32,408 nt of DNA, from contig JBNKBE010000017.1 in NCBI GenBank assembly GCA_050287085.1, positions 1 through 32,408 on the forward strand, read 5' to 3'. The translations under genes and the position numbers were made by a program. The notes below the pieces were generated by a model. It was not told the origin of the DNA. It did not search any database and was given only the letters and a program-made list of their open reading frames with translations. The stretch is from Polyangiaceae bacterium (GTDB lineage: Bacteria > Myxococcota_A > Polyangia > Polyangiales > Polyangiaceae). Shown here piece after piece: positions 1-8,798 of this stretch. How positions within the stretch are numbered: position 1 is the first letter of the stretch; each line of letters begins with the position of its first letter.

Positions 1-72
1 GCGCTTCAGAACCTCACTGCGCTTCAGAACCTCACTGCGCTTCAGAACCTCACTGCGCTTCAGAACCTCACT
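1..72. repeat. 18-bp tandem repeat (GCGCTTCAGAACCTCACT) x4, truncated by the window edge; a degenerate fifth copy runs into the kinase 3' end
   Basis: Four exact copies at 1-18, 19-36, 37-54 and 55-72, then GCGCTCCAGAAGC. No spacers between copies. Confidence 0.95.
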
Positions 73-1441
73 GCGCTCCAGAAGCTCTCGCGGCAGGGAC
101 CCATACTTCGGCGGCAGCGACCGGGAAATAGACCTTGAAGCAAGACCCCTTGCCGATGGTCGAAGTCAAAGTCAGCTCCCCATTGTGCTGCTCGACGACC
201 CGCTTGACGACGGCCAGTCCCAGTCCCGTACCAAAGGGCTCCTTGGTAGTAAAAAAGGGCTCGAGTATCTTCTGCCGCAGCTCGACGGGAATACCTTCGC
301 CGGTGTCCTGCACGGACAACTCAGCCTGGGCGGCGGTGGAGCGCACAACAATGCGCAGGGTACCTCCTTGGCCCATCGCATCGCGCGCGTTGACCGCCAG
401 ATTCAAGAGCAAACGTTGTATCCCTTGTCGGTCACCGGCAATCCAACACGGTTCGTCCGGAACGGACGTTTCGATCTGCGTCGTCTTCGACCAGGAGCGC
501 CGTATGAGCGAAGCCGTGGACAGAACAACTTCCTCCAGACGCAAGCGCTCAAAGCTCGGTCGGCGCTGACGGCTGAGGTCGAGCAATGCCGCTGTCATTC
601 CACTCGCTGTACATACCGCCCCGCGAATTGCGTCCAGAGATGCCTGTAGCGACTCCGCGTCCTGGTCCTGTTCAGCAAGGTCCGTCTCAGCAACTATGAC
701 GGTCAAGAGATTGTTCATGTCGTGAGCTACCCCGGCGGCAACCTCACCCAGCGCCTCCAGCGCCTGCGCCCTAAGCAAACGCTCGTGTCGCTGGCTTCGC
801 GCCTGCTCCTGCTCCACCTCTGCGCTGATGTCGTGAACGACCAGAATAGTCCCCCCGAGTTCGCCCTCCGTTAGCCATGGGCGCGCAACCCAGCGATAGT
901 AACTCTTGGTCGAAACGTCGGCCCCTGGAACCACCTCTTCTCCCTCCAGCAGCTGGCCCACGCGACGACAGCGACCCGCAACCTCCTGCCAACACGACGG
1001 CATATCGGGTGGACAGCCAGGCAAAGCCTTCGGCGGCGTGTCCCGCTTCCCCGACACCAACTGCACCCAGGCGCGACTGCAGCGAAGGCAACGGTCGTGA
1101 GCGTCGAGAATCGCAATCGCCGTCGGTACTTCTTCGAATAAGAAGTCGATGTGCTGAGCCTGCACCCCCACCTCGCGAGCGAGGCGATCACGCGTAACGA
1201 CAAACAACACGATGAGCCAAGCCGCAGGGGTCAGTATCTTCAACACGTCGCCCGGCAGGTCCGCCCAGACAACCCCGCCCCACTCAGCGGCGTCCAGCGC
1301 GTGAGTGGCCATCACGGTCAGCAGTAGAGCACTGAGGGCAATGCGGGTATCGTGGCTGACTACGCGTTGCGTGCGCAGACAGAAGAAGAGAGCAATAGCA
1401 CTCGCGCTGAATCCGGCGCACTCGATGAACAAAATGGGCAT
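68..1441 (-). CDS. Membrane-bound PAS-domain sensor histidine kinase (no receiver domain)
   Basis: About 3 N-terminal TM helices, PAS-like VPTAIAILDAHDR, H-box AGVAHDMNNLL, N-box NLAVNARDAM, DTGEGI, EPFFTTK..GTGLGL. Start placed at ATG 1441 (MPILF), which overlaps the upstream TGA; the ORF-track extension to 1753 is probably spurious. Confidence 0.9.
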   Translation of the reverse strand: MPILFIECAGFSASAIALFFCLRTQRVVSHDTRIALSALLLTVMATHALDAAEWGGVVWADLPGDVLKILTPAAWLIVLFVVTRDRLAREVGVQAQHIDFLFEEVPTAIAILDAHDRCLRCSRAWVQLVSGKRDTPPKALPGCPPDMPSCWQEVAGRCRRVGQLLEGEEVVPGADVSTKSYYRWVARPWLTEGELGGTILVVHDISAEVEQEQARSQRHERLLRAQALEALGEVAAGVAHDMNNLLTVIVAETDLAEQDQDAESLQASLDAIRGAVCTASGMTAALLDLSRQRRPSFERLRLEEVVLSTASLIRRSWSKTTQIETSVPDEPCWIAGDRQGIQRLLLNLAVNARDAMGQGGTLRIVVRSTAAQAELSVQDTGEGIPVELRQKILEPFFTTKEPFGTGLGLAVVKRVVEQHNGELTLTSTIGKGSCFKVYFPVAAAEVWVPAARASGAQ

Positions 1442-1809
1442 CAGGTGCTCCTCCGGAACAGGATGAAGGTCCATGCCGCCATCAGGCTGCTGTGCCCCAG
1501 ATAGGCAAGGTGCTCGGCAGTATCGCTCCCGGGAATGGGCAGCAAGTCTTCGAGCACAGACACCGTCCACCCGCAGCACAACAATGCCGCGGCCAACACT
1601 GGCAAACCCCAAAATGGGAAATTTCGAATTCTTCGCAAGTTTGCGATGACAAACGCAGCCGTAACTGCCGCCAGCAGCAGCACTGCCACTTCCCTCGCTT
1701 CGGGTGCCCCCCTGAAGCTCACGCCATCGCCCTGAAAAGGGTGCTGAAACCACGGCTGGAGTTCGGACGCCCCACGCCTCCCGGCCGCTTCGCGCGCACT
1801 AATATGCAT
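1441..1809 (-). CDS. Small 3-TM membrane protein translationally coupled to the kinase (start uncertain)
   Basis: Hydrophobic segments VAVLLLAAVTAAFVIA, WGLPVLAAALLCCGWTVSVL and LAYLGHSSLMAAWTFILF. Its TGA (1443-1441) overlaps the kinase ATG (TGATG). Confidence 0.65.
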   Translation of the reverse strand: MHISAREAAGRRGASELQPWFQHPFQGDGVSFRGAPEAREVAVLLLAAVTAAFVIANLRRIRNFPFWGLPVLAAALLCCGWTVSVLEDLLPIPGSDTAEHLAYLGHSSLMAAWTFILFRRST

Positions 1810-2082
1810 CGTGATGCCCCCGCCCACAGGGGCATTATAGCGAGCCGGCGCCGCGAGACCAGGTCTGCGCGCTAGGGCTGTCGCGAGCGCTCCGGGGCCT
1901 GCGCTGCGCGGCGAGGCCCCCGCGTGCGTGGGCCTCGAGCAATAATCCGTCTTCGGCATAGCGGCCGCCTCTCATAGAGGCCAGCGACGCCTCCCTTTTC
2001 CCGTGGCCGGCACGCTACGGCGCATTGTGGCACTGCCGCCGCACTTGCGTGACAAGTGGAGATTGACTAGCCCAGCGTGAAC

Positions 2083-4404
2083 ATGACCGTCAGCCCCCCT
2101 CCGAACGCCGCAAGCCGGCCAGACAGCGCCACGCGGGCGTCAGGAAGGCCACGGCTCGGGCGCTTGAACGCGCTCCTGCGGGGAGCTCTGGCGGGTGCCA
2201 TTGCCGGCGCTCTGCTCGCCGCCGGAGAGGCCGCTTGGGGGCTCGCCCCTCCCTTCCCCAACAAGGCAAGTGTGCTCTGGAGCAACGCTGGAGTCGGCTC
2301 CGGCCTTGGGGGCATTGTCGGACTATTAGCCGCGGCAGCGTGGCAACTGGCACGGCTCGCTGCGCCCCTCTACGACTGGGCTCGGCCACTCCCCCGCCCG
2401 GGAGCCGGCTCGGGCGCGGATGGCAACCGAAACGACGACCTCCACCACCCGCTGCCTCGAGCCCAATGCGAGCGCAGTTCGACAGCAAGGCGCTACGCGT
2501 TGGGCCTGTGTGTTGTCGCCGCCGCAACGCTGAGCAGCAACGGACTCATGTTCTCGCTACGCCAGCTCGAACGGGTCAAGGAAGAGGCGCTTCACGCAAT
2601 CCTGATGTGGCCGCTCGTGGCTTTTTGGCTTGGGGGCACCGGCCTGACCGTCGGGTATTTGCTCCCGCTTGCGAGTCGCTGCTTTGGCGCAATCGAGCGG
2701 CGTTGGGGGCTTCCAACCTTGCGCCGGCCTTGGCTCCGCTTTCTGGCGCTGTGGTGTTTCCCGCTGGCCGCGACCGCCTTCCCGCTGGTGTCGAAGTTCG
2801 GTGAAAAGCTCGGTGTGATTCACGACTTGATCGCGGCGTTGACGTTCGTCGTAGTGCTGCGCGGCGTCTACCTCACGGGCGCAGCGTTGCGAAACAATGC
2901 CCCGCGACGCGCGAATCACGCCCTCTTGGTCCTCGCCGCCCTCGCAGTCAGCGCTAGCGTCGCGGTGACGGCTTGGACGCCGTTTCCGGCTTCCGCCAGT
3001 CAAGCTCAGGGGCGATTCGGGAGCGTCGCCCAGCAGACCCTCTGGAAGCTGACCGACGTCGATCGCGACGGGGTCTCGGCCCTCTTTGGAGGCAAGGACT
3101 GCGCCCCGTGGGACGGCACCCGCTCCCCCATGACGCCCGAGCGATTTGACAACGGCATCGACGAAGACTGCGACGGCCGGGACGCGACCCGCAGCCATGG
3201 ATTGCAAGCGCCAACGCCTTTTGCCCGCGAGGCAGCCAGCGCGGGAAAACGCTACAACGTCCTGTGGTACGTGGTGGACTCCCTTCGCCCCGATCACCTG
3301 TCCTTCTACGGCTACCCCCAAGAAACAAGCCCGGTGTTAGCAAGCCTGGCAACTGAATCGCTCGTCTTCACCAACGCCTACAGCCAATCTTCGACCACCG
3401 CGCTCAGCATGCCCAGTATGCTGACGGGACGAGCCCCCGGAAGCCTCACGTGGATGCGAGGCACATTTCCGGCGCTGGACACCAGCCAAGAGAGCATCGC
3501 CCACCGCCTGCGCGTGGACGGCTATCACACCGCTCTGGTCATCAACCGCTGGGTCCAGAGCAAGCTGCCCTCGCTCGGCCGCGGCTTCCAGCGGGTCATG
3601 GTGGCGCCGAAACGAGCCAGCTGGGCCAGCGGCGACTACGCGTCCTCAAACATCACCCGCGCCATCTTCGAAGCCCGACAACACCATCAGCCATTCTTCA
3701 TCGTCGCCCACATCGACGACGTTCACCATCCGTACAAGGCAGCGCGGGGCCACGCTGTGCCTGCCTTTGAGGGCAAGAACGAAACCCTCGTCAACTATGA
3801 TCGCGGCATTGCCCGCTTCGACCAAACGCTCGCAGGGGTCCTCGCCCACCTCAAGAACTTACACCTCTATGACAACACCGTAGTCATTGTCACAGCAGAT
3901 CACGGTGAAGAGTTCGACGAACATGGTGGAACGATTCATTCCAGGTCCTGCTACGACGAAGTCGTGCATGTTCCCCTTGTCTTGCACATTCCCGGGGTGG
4001 AGGCGCAACAGGTCAACGATCGGGTAGCGCTTGTCGACATCGTCCCGACGCTATTGGACTTGCTCGGCAAACGCAGCGATCCACCGCCGCTCGATGGCCA
4101 AAGCCTCTTGGTTCCCGTGGAAGCCCGCCAGCAATTGCTGCCTGAGCGCCCCCTATTCTGCTCCATTTTTCAGATCCTCCGCGGACGTCCAAACTTCTTC
4201 ACCCGCAGCGTGCGCGACGGCCGCTTCACCTTCGTCGAAGACGCCATGGCCGCGCGTCATGAACTCTACGACGTCCATAACGATCCATCGGAGCAGCACA
4301 ACCTGGCGACGCGCCCCGAACATGCCGCTGAGATCCAGCGCTTTCGCGGACTGCTGCGCTCTTCCCTCACCGGCAATCTCTACACCGCACGCTCTATCCA
4401 GTAG
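2083..4404 (+). CDS. Multi-TM sulfatase-like (alkaline phosphatase superfamily) hydrolase/transferase with a MopE-like metal-binding motif
   Basis: N-terminal TM bundle; DVDRDG..DC....P...E..DNGIDEDCDG; VVDSLRPDH; YSQSSTTALSMPSMLTG; HIDDVHHPY; TADHGEEF; ELYD..DPSEQHNL. Confidence 0.85.
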   Translation: MTVSPPPNAASRPDSATRASGRPRLGRLNALLRGALAGAIAGALLAAGEAAWGLAPPFPNKASVLWSNAGVGSGLGGIVGLLAAAAWQLARLAAPLYDWARPLPRPGAGSGADGNRNDDLHHPLPRAQCERSSTARRYALGLCVVAAATLSSNGLMFSLRQLERVKEEALHAILMWPLVAFWLGGTGLTVGYLLPLASRCFGAIERRWGLPTLRRPWLRFLALWCFPLAATAFPLVSKFGEKLGVIHDLIAALTFVVVLRGVYLTGAALRNNAPRRANHALLVLAALAVSASVAVTAWTPFPASASQAQGRFGSVAQQTLWKLTDVDRDGVSALFGGKDCAPWDGTRSPMTPERFDNGIDEDCDGRDATRSHGLQAPTPFAREAASAGKRYNVLWYVVDSLRPDHLSFYGYPQETSPVLASLATESLVFTNAYSQSSTTALSMPSMLTGRAPGSLTWMRGTFPALDTSQESIAHRLRVDGYHTALVINRWVQSKLPSLGRGFQRVMVAPKRASWASGDYASSNITRAIFEARQHHQPFFIVAHIDDVHHPYKAARGHAVPAFEGKNETLVNYDRGIARFDQTLAGVLAHLKNLHLYDNTVVIVTADHGEEFDEHGGTIHSRSCYDEVVHVPLVLHIPGVEAQQVNDRVALVDIVPTLLDLLGKRSDPPPLDGQSLLVPVEARQQLLPERPLFCSIFQILRGRPNFFTRSVRDGRFTFVEDAMAARHELYDVHNDPSEQHNLATRPEHAAEIQRFRGLLRSSLTGNLYTARSIQ

Positions 4405-4495
4405 CGGCCGGCTGACGCTCGCCCGCTGCCCCCGCCGGAGAAAACTCACGGCGGGAAACATCCCCAAGCAGCAACCGCAGCGGGTAGGTCAACTG

Positions 4496-4825
4496 CTATT
4501 GTAGCGATCGAGACTGCGTCGACTGCTGGCGCTGACGTTCCTCCTCTTGAAGCAAGATGGTCACCATGCCGCCGCTCACCGCCTCCGTCTGGCCTGCGGT
4601 CGGCTCTGACGCCCCTGCGTCTCGATACCCACACACGCAACCGACGTTGTTGGCCATCACGGCCACGGCGGTGAGGCGCATGTCGAGCTCCTCGCAATGG
4701 CTTTCGCAGGTTTGGCGCGCGTCGGAGGGCACCGTCAAAGTGGACCCCACCTGCGCCATGCACCCCAACGGACTCAATAGAAGTACGCCCATGATGACTC
4801 GGCTCCCCAACAAGCTCTGTTTCAT
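4496..4825 (-). CDS. Small Cys-containing lipoprotein, hypothetical
   Basis: MKQSLLGSRVIMGVLLLSPLG-C lipobox, followed by CESHC and CVC motifs; lies directly downstream of the LPMO-like gene on the same strand. Confidence 0.7.
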   Translation of the reverse strand: MKQSLLGSRVIMGVLLLSPLGCMAQVGSTLTVPSDARQTCESHCEELDMRLTAVAVMANNVGCVCGYRDAGASEPTAGQTEAVSGGMVTILLQEEERQRQQSTQSRSLQ

Positions 4826-4902
4826 GGCGCGAAGATAGCCAATGGCCACGCTGGCGCGAAAGCCCCATCGGAGCCGCTCGGCCACCACGCCAGGCCGAAG
4901 GC

Positions 4903-5952
4903 TCAAGCCCGCAGCTGGCGGCGACGGCGCGGGCGCAGGGTCGCCAAGCCGAGCATCAAGGCCAGGGGCCATGCCAGCGCCCTCCCGCGCCCGGGTCGCA
5001 ATGTGCAGCCCCCATCGTCTGGGGGAGCAGCCGCAGCCACGGGCGCGGGTTCAGTCGCGCCGCCCGCGGCCGCAACGTCCTGCCCGCCACCTGCCCCGGC
5101 GATATCTTCTGGCGCCTGTACAGGCTCGGTCACTCCGCCCGCGCCCGACGTACCGTCGCTGGCTGCCATCCCACCAGCGTTGTCGGCTCCGCCCCCAGAC
5201 TGGTCGTTCGCTGTGCCCCCAGCGCCCGCTTCGCCCGCTGGCACCAGGCCGGTATCGCCCCCCATTCCCGCCGTGCCCACACCGTCAGCCCCGCCCGTCG
5301 TGCCCATACCGTCAGCCCCGCCCGCCGTGCCCATACCGTCAGCCCCGCCCGCGCCCTCATCCGCCGGTGCCGTAAGCGTCAAGTCGATACAGGTGTAGTA
5401 GCTCGATAGAGGGGAGGGATCGAGGACCTCGTTTACGGTGTCGCCGTGCATGGCCTGCACCAGCTGCAGGGTGCAGTTATCACAAGGCGTGTCGGGCAGC
5501 TGCACCTCAAACTCCCAGATGGACCCATCGCCCGCATTACCGGTATTCCCAGCAGGATCCGGCTCATCGAGCAGGATGTGGTCATTGAAGTCCGCGACGT
5601 CCGCACCGTCCGGATCAAAGGCCACGCGATAGCGTCCGCTATGACCTATGAACTCGTCGAAACGAAGAATTAACTTAGAACCAGCAGGCGCTTCAACCGG
5701 GTGATCCGAACGGTTCGGATCGGAGCCGTCCGCCCCAACGTTGCACGTCCGATTGCTTCCCCCCATGCCACACGGACAACTCTTTATCCCCGTGCTTCTG
5801 TCCGCCGCAAGGGCGTAGCGAGCTTCGGGCTCCATCAACTCGATATGTGCTTCCGCCCGCGAAGGACTCAGCACTGACGCGACAGCGGCCCCCACGACAA
5901 GGGTAGCGAGCAGGGATTTTTGGGGTGAAATGGAGGTCGTCGAGAACGGCAT
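4903..5952 (-). CDS. SCE4755-family polysaccharide monooxygenase-like protein with MYXO-CTERM sorting signal
   Basis: Signal peptide ending AEA|HIEL (mature His1), KSCPCG, FIGHSGRYR, CDNCTLQLVQ, YYTCIDL, Gly/Ala linker, C-terminal DGGC-hydrophobic-RRRR. Confidence 0.85.
   Translation of the reverse strand: MPFSTTSISPQKSLLATLVVGAAVASVLSPSRAEAHIELMEPEARYALAADRSTGIKSCPCGMGGSNRTCNVGADGSDPNRSDHPVEAPAGSKLILRFDEFIGHSGRYRVAFDPDGADVADFNDHILLDEPDPAGNTGNAGDGSIWEFEVQLPDTPCDNCTLQLVQAMHGDTVNEVLDPSPLSSYYTCIDLTLTAPADEGAGGADGMGTAGGADGMGTTGGADGVGTAGMGGDTGLVPAGEAGAGGTANDQSGGGADNAGGMAASDGTSGAGGVTEPVQAPEDIAGAGGGQDVAAAGGATEPAPVAAAAPPDDGGCTLRPGRGRALAWPLALMLGLATLRPRRRRQLRA
5267..5347. repeat. 27-bp coding tandem repeat x3 (GGADGMGTA-type linker)
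   Basis: CCCGYCGTGCCCAYACCGTCAGCCCCG at 5267, 5294 and 5321. Confidence 0.9.
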
Positions 5953-6075
5953 GGTTTTCCAGGGGATATCGAGCGACCACTCTGCCACCCGTAGGCGACG
6001 GGCGCGAGCTCCGCGGTTGGTGCCCCCGACATGATCCATGCCGGCTACAACGCTGCGCTGGTGGTGTACGAGTCG

Positions 6076-6960
6076 CTACAATGCCCCTCCCGCAAGTTCC
6101 CAAAATGCTCGCACCGTGCGCACCTGCAGCGAATAGGCGCTGACGCATAGGCCCACGTCATAGCCACTGGGCGTATCCCACGCGGAAATGCGGCGTACCC
6201 GACGCCGGTGAGGGCTCTGTTCCAGTACCAGCTGCGGCACAAGCCCCACCCCGCAGCCCATGCTCACCAACGCGATAATCGCTTCATTGCCACGAACCTC
6301 CGCCGCGATGGGCGGCCGCTCCGGCAAACCCGAAAGCCACAGCTCGAGCCGCGCTCGATCCAGCCCTCGTTGTGGAGCAACGATGGGCACATCTCGCCAT
6401 GTTATCTCTCCGCAGCTAAGCTGCTCGCCAAAAGGCGTAGCGTCCCGCGGTGCAATAAAAACGAGCTCGGTATGACCCAACGTCTGCCGGCGCAACTCGC
6501 TGGGGGTGGCATCGTCCAGCGGCACCACGGCAACATCCACCTCGCCACTTTGCAGCTGCCCCATAGACCGAACGGCGTCCTGCGTGGAAAGAGCGATATG
6601 AATACGCGGATAGGCGCGCCGGCAGCGGGCTATCAGTCTCGGCAGCAAGGAATAACACGCGGTCAAAGTGCATGCGATCCGTAGATCTCCGGAGGGCGAA
6701 CGTTGCTCCTCCGAAAGCTCTTCCTGCAGTGCTTCCCATGCGCTTAGCTGGTCGCGCGCGTAACGACGAAACCGCTCACCTGCCGGCGTCAGCGCCGCGT
6801 GATGCCGATCCCGCGCGATGAGTACTTGCCCCACCTCTTCCTCCAAACGCTGCAGCGCGCGCGTCAACGCCGACGGACTCATGTGCAGGGCGCCAGCGCT
6901 CCGCGCGAAGTGCAATGTGCCCGACAGGTGGAGAAAGAGCCGAAAGTCGTCTTGGTTCAT
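6076..6960 (-). CDS. ilvY: LysR-family activator IlvY
   Basis: FLHLSGTLHFARSAGALHMSPSALTRALQRLEEEVG matches the IlvY N-terminus; GNEAIIALVSMGCGVGLVP; ilvC lies nearby on the opposite strand. Confidence 0.9.
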   Translation of the reverse strand: MNQDDFRLFLHLSGTLHFARSAGALHMSPSALTRALQRLEEEVGQVLIARDRHHAALTPAGERFRRYARDQLSAWEALQEELSEEQRSPSGDLRIACTLTACYSLLPRLIARCRRAYPRIHIALSTQDAVRSMGQLQSGEVDVAVVPLDDATPSELRRQTLGHTELVFIAPRDATPFGEQLSCGEITWRDVPIVAPQRGLDRARLELWLSGLPERPPIAAEVRGNEAIIALVSMGCGVGLVPQLVLEQSPHRRRVRRISAWDTPSGYDVGLCVSAYSLQVRTVRAFWELAGGAL

Positions 6961-6992
6961 CAGTGTTCCGCGCTCTAGGGCAGAATGGCGTT

Positions 6993-7041
6993 TGTTGCGA
7001 ATGCAGCAACATCACTGAACTCTTGCTCCATGGTTCGCAAC
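6993..7041. promoter_or_regulatory. IlvY-type tandem operator O1/O2 upstream of ilvY
   Basis: TGTTGC-N7-GCAACA at 6993-7011, and a second GCAAC half-site 31 bp later (7037-7041, GCTCC-N7-GCAAC). Confidence 0.7.
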
Positions 7042-7343
7042 ACAAATGTTCGCGCCGGCAGAAGCGTCTTCTCGCCGCCCCGAGACTCGTTCGCGCACCA
7101 GGCCCGTCATCTCGCACCCGGCAAGACCCTCTGCGCCAGGCGCACAGCGATGTGCGCAGCCCACAGACGCTTGCCTTGAAAAGTCCCCGCCGCGCCCAAA
7201 CTCATTCCAATTCGCACATATTCGCCCAGATCTGAGAGATGATATGTGCGTCTCGGCACTGGATTTCCCCATACAACTCAGACAGCATGAGCCTGTTCCT
7301 TTCATCAGCAGGCGTGGCAAACGCCGTCACTGCGGAGACCGAC

Positions 7344-8414
7344 ATGCAACTAGAAACGCGCTCATTACCTTTGATCAACCTCACCCGCCTCGCGCTCGCG
7401 CTGGGCCTCGTGGCCTCCCCCACCCTCGTCCATGCCGAAGAATGTGGTGATACCACCTGTGACGTCGGCACCACCTGCGTACAGGGCGAAACCCCCTGCC
7501 CGTCGGTCTTGTGCGTGGAAGACTCCCCCGATTGCGCAAGCGACTGCTCGCCGGAGCCCTACTACTACTGTGAACCTGCAGCTTGCGATAGCGACGCCGA
7601 TTGTGCCGAGTACATGTCGTGCTCCACCTACGAAAGCGAAGTCTGTCCGGATCAGACGCCCGACTGCGATGGGATGTCAGAGGCCGAATGTGAAGCGGCG
7701 TGGGACACCTGGCGCGAGAGCTGCGAAGCGGTAGAAAAGAGCGAATGCGCAATAACCTGGCATCTTGGCTGTCAAGTCGCCGCCGACTGCGGTGAGGGCT
7801 TCGAATGCACCTTCGCTGAGTGCAGTTGCCCTAGCGCGAGCTTTGCGCCTCCAGCTGGCGATGTTCCCCCGCCCGATGCGGATTGCGTCTGTGAACCCGT
7901 CGACACCGGCTACTGTGAGCCGATCGTCACGGAGTGCGACAGTGACGACGACTGCCTCGAGCACTGGACCTGTGGCGACAACTATCTCCTCAACTGCGGC
8001 CGCAGCTCTGACGGGGACTCCACCTGCGAGGAAGGCCCCGCCAAGATTTGCCAGCCGCCTTCACTCAACTCCGACGGGCCCTTCATCGAACTGGCCGCGC
8101 TAGATGAGGCTGCGTCCAGCAGCGGTGCGCTGCCCGAACCCGACGGCTCACCTGCCGAAGGTGAAGTGACCGATCTGCCTCAGAACGACGATTCCGCTAT
8201 CCCAACCTCGGCCGCCAATGCCGACGTTCAAGAGCTCGACAGCGAAAAGGCCGCAGACTCCGCGTCAGAGGCCATGTCAGGGGCGGACACCAATGCCGAT
8301 GGCGGAGGATGCTCACTGGTCGCGGCGGGTGCCAACGGTAACCCAAGCGCCCTATTGTCGGTACTCGGACTCGCGCTCGCCGGCGCTGGTGCGACCCGTC
8401 GACGACGCCGCTAG
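7344..8414 (+). CDS. Cys-rich acidic secreted surface protein with MYXO-CTERM
   Basis: Signal peptide (LALALGLVASPTLVHA|EEC), 30 Cys in the ectodomain including repeated CxxxxDC units, C-terminal GGGC-hydrophobic-RRRRR. Confidence 0.85.
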   Translation: MQLETRSLPLINLTRLALALGLVASPTLVHAEECGDTTCDVGTTCVQGETPCPSVLCVEDSPDCASDCSPEPYYYCEPAACDSDADCAEYMSCSTYESEVCPDQTPDCDGMSEAECEAAWDTWRESCEAVEKSECAITWHLGCQVAADCGEGFECTFAECSCPSASFAPPAGDVPPPDADCVCEPVDTGYCEPIVTECDSDDDCLEHWTCGDNYLLNCGRSSDGDSTCEEGPAKICQPPSLNSDGPFIELAALDEAASSSGALPEPDGSPAEGEVTDLPQNDDSAIPTSAANADVQELDSEKAADSASEAMSGADTNADGGGCSLVAAGANGNPSALLSVLGLALAGAGATRRRRR

Positions 8415-8689
8415 CGAGCCGCTGAGCGCCAGGGGGCCCCGACATAGTTCTCGACCCCGAAGTTGAGAAGAGCCGGCCTACGGCGCGAGGGCCCTGCCGG
8501 CGTTCGGCAGGGCTCGTCGCCAGAGCCCCCCGCGGAAACTCGCGTTCCCGCACGGGCGCCGTCCCTTTGGGACGGTGCCCTCCACCTCGACGGCACCCGT
8601 GACGCCACCCGTGACACCGCGAGGGCACCCACCACGCTCAACCTGCTCGGCTGCACAGGAAACGCCAGCTATCGGTGCGAAATCTCCCG

Positions 8690-8756
8690 GTTGCGCACAG
8701 CGCAACAAGATGTTCAGCAATTAGCAATTAACGCAACAGCGTCGGAGGCGTAGACT
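8690..8756 (+). promoter_or_regulatory. ilvC promoter with IlvY O1/O2 operators
   Basis: GTTGC-N7-GCAAC at 8690-8706; TTAGC-N7-GCAAC at 8721-8737 (31-bp offset); -35 TTAACG (8728-8733) inside O2, 17-bp spacer, -10 TAGACT (8751-8756). Confidence 0.8.
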
Positions 8757-8798
8757 GCCAGGGCTCGCGGGGAACCTCACCTCGCTCGAAAGGATACC

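Noticed and set aside
1..72. CRISPR array
   Set aside because: The 18-bp units are contiguous with no unique spacers, and there are no cas genes.
1442..1753. Long N-terminal extension of the kinase from the ORF track
   Set aside because: It overlaps a better membrane-protein ORF in another frame; the TGATG coupling supports the start at 1441.
5972..5987. Sigma54-like TGGCAGAGTGGTCGC before the LPMO-like gene
   Set aside because: Only GG-N10-GC fits, which is frequent by chance at this GC content, and it leaves a very short leader.
8415..8680. GC hairpin and 12-bp CACCCGTGAC duplication after the Cys-rich gene as an ncRNA
   Set aside because: No family features; explained as a terminator or REP-like stem plus slippage.
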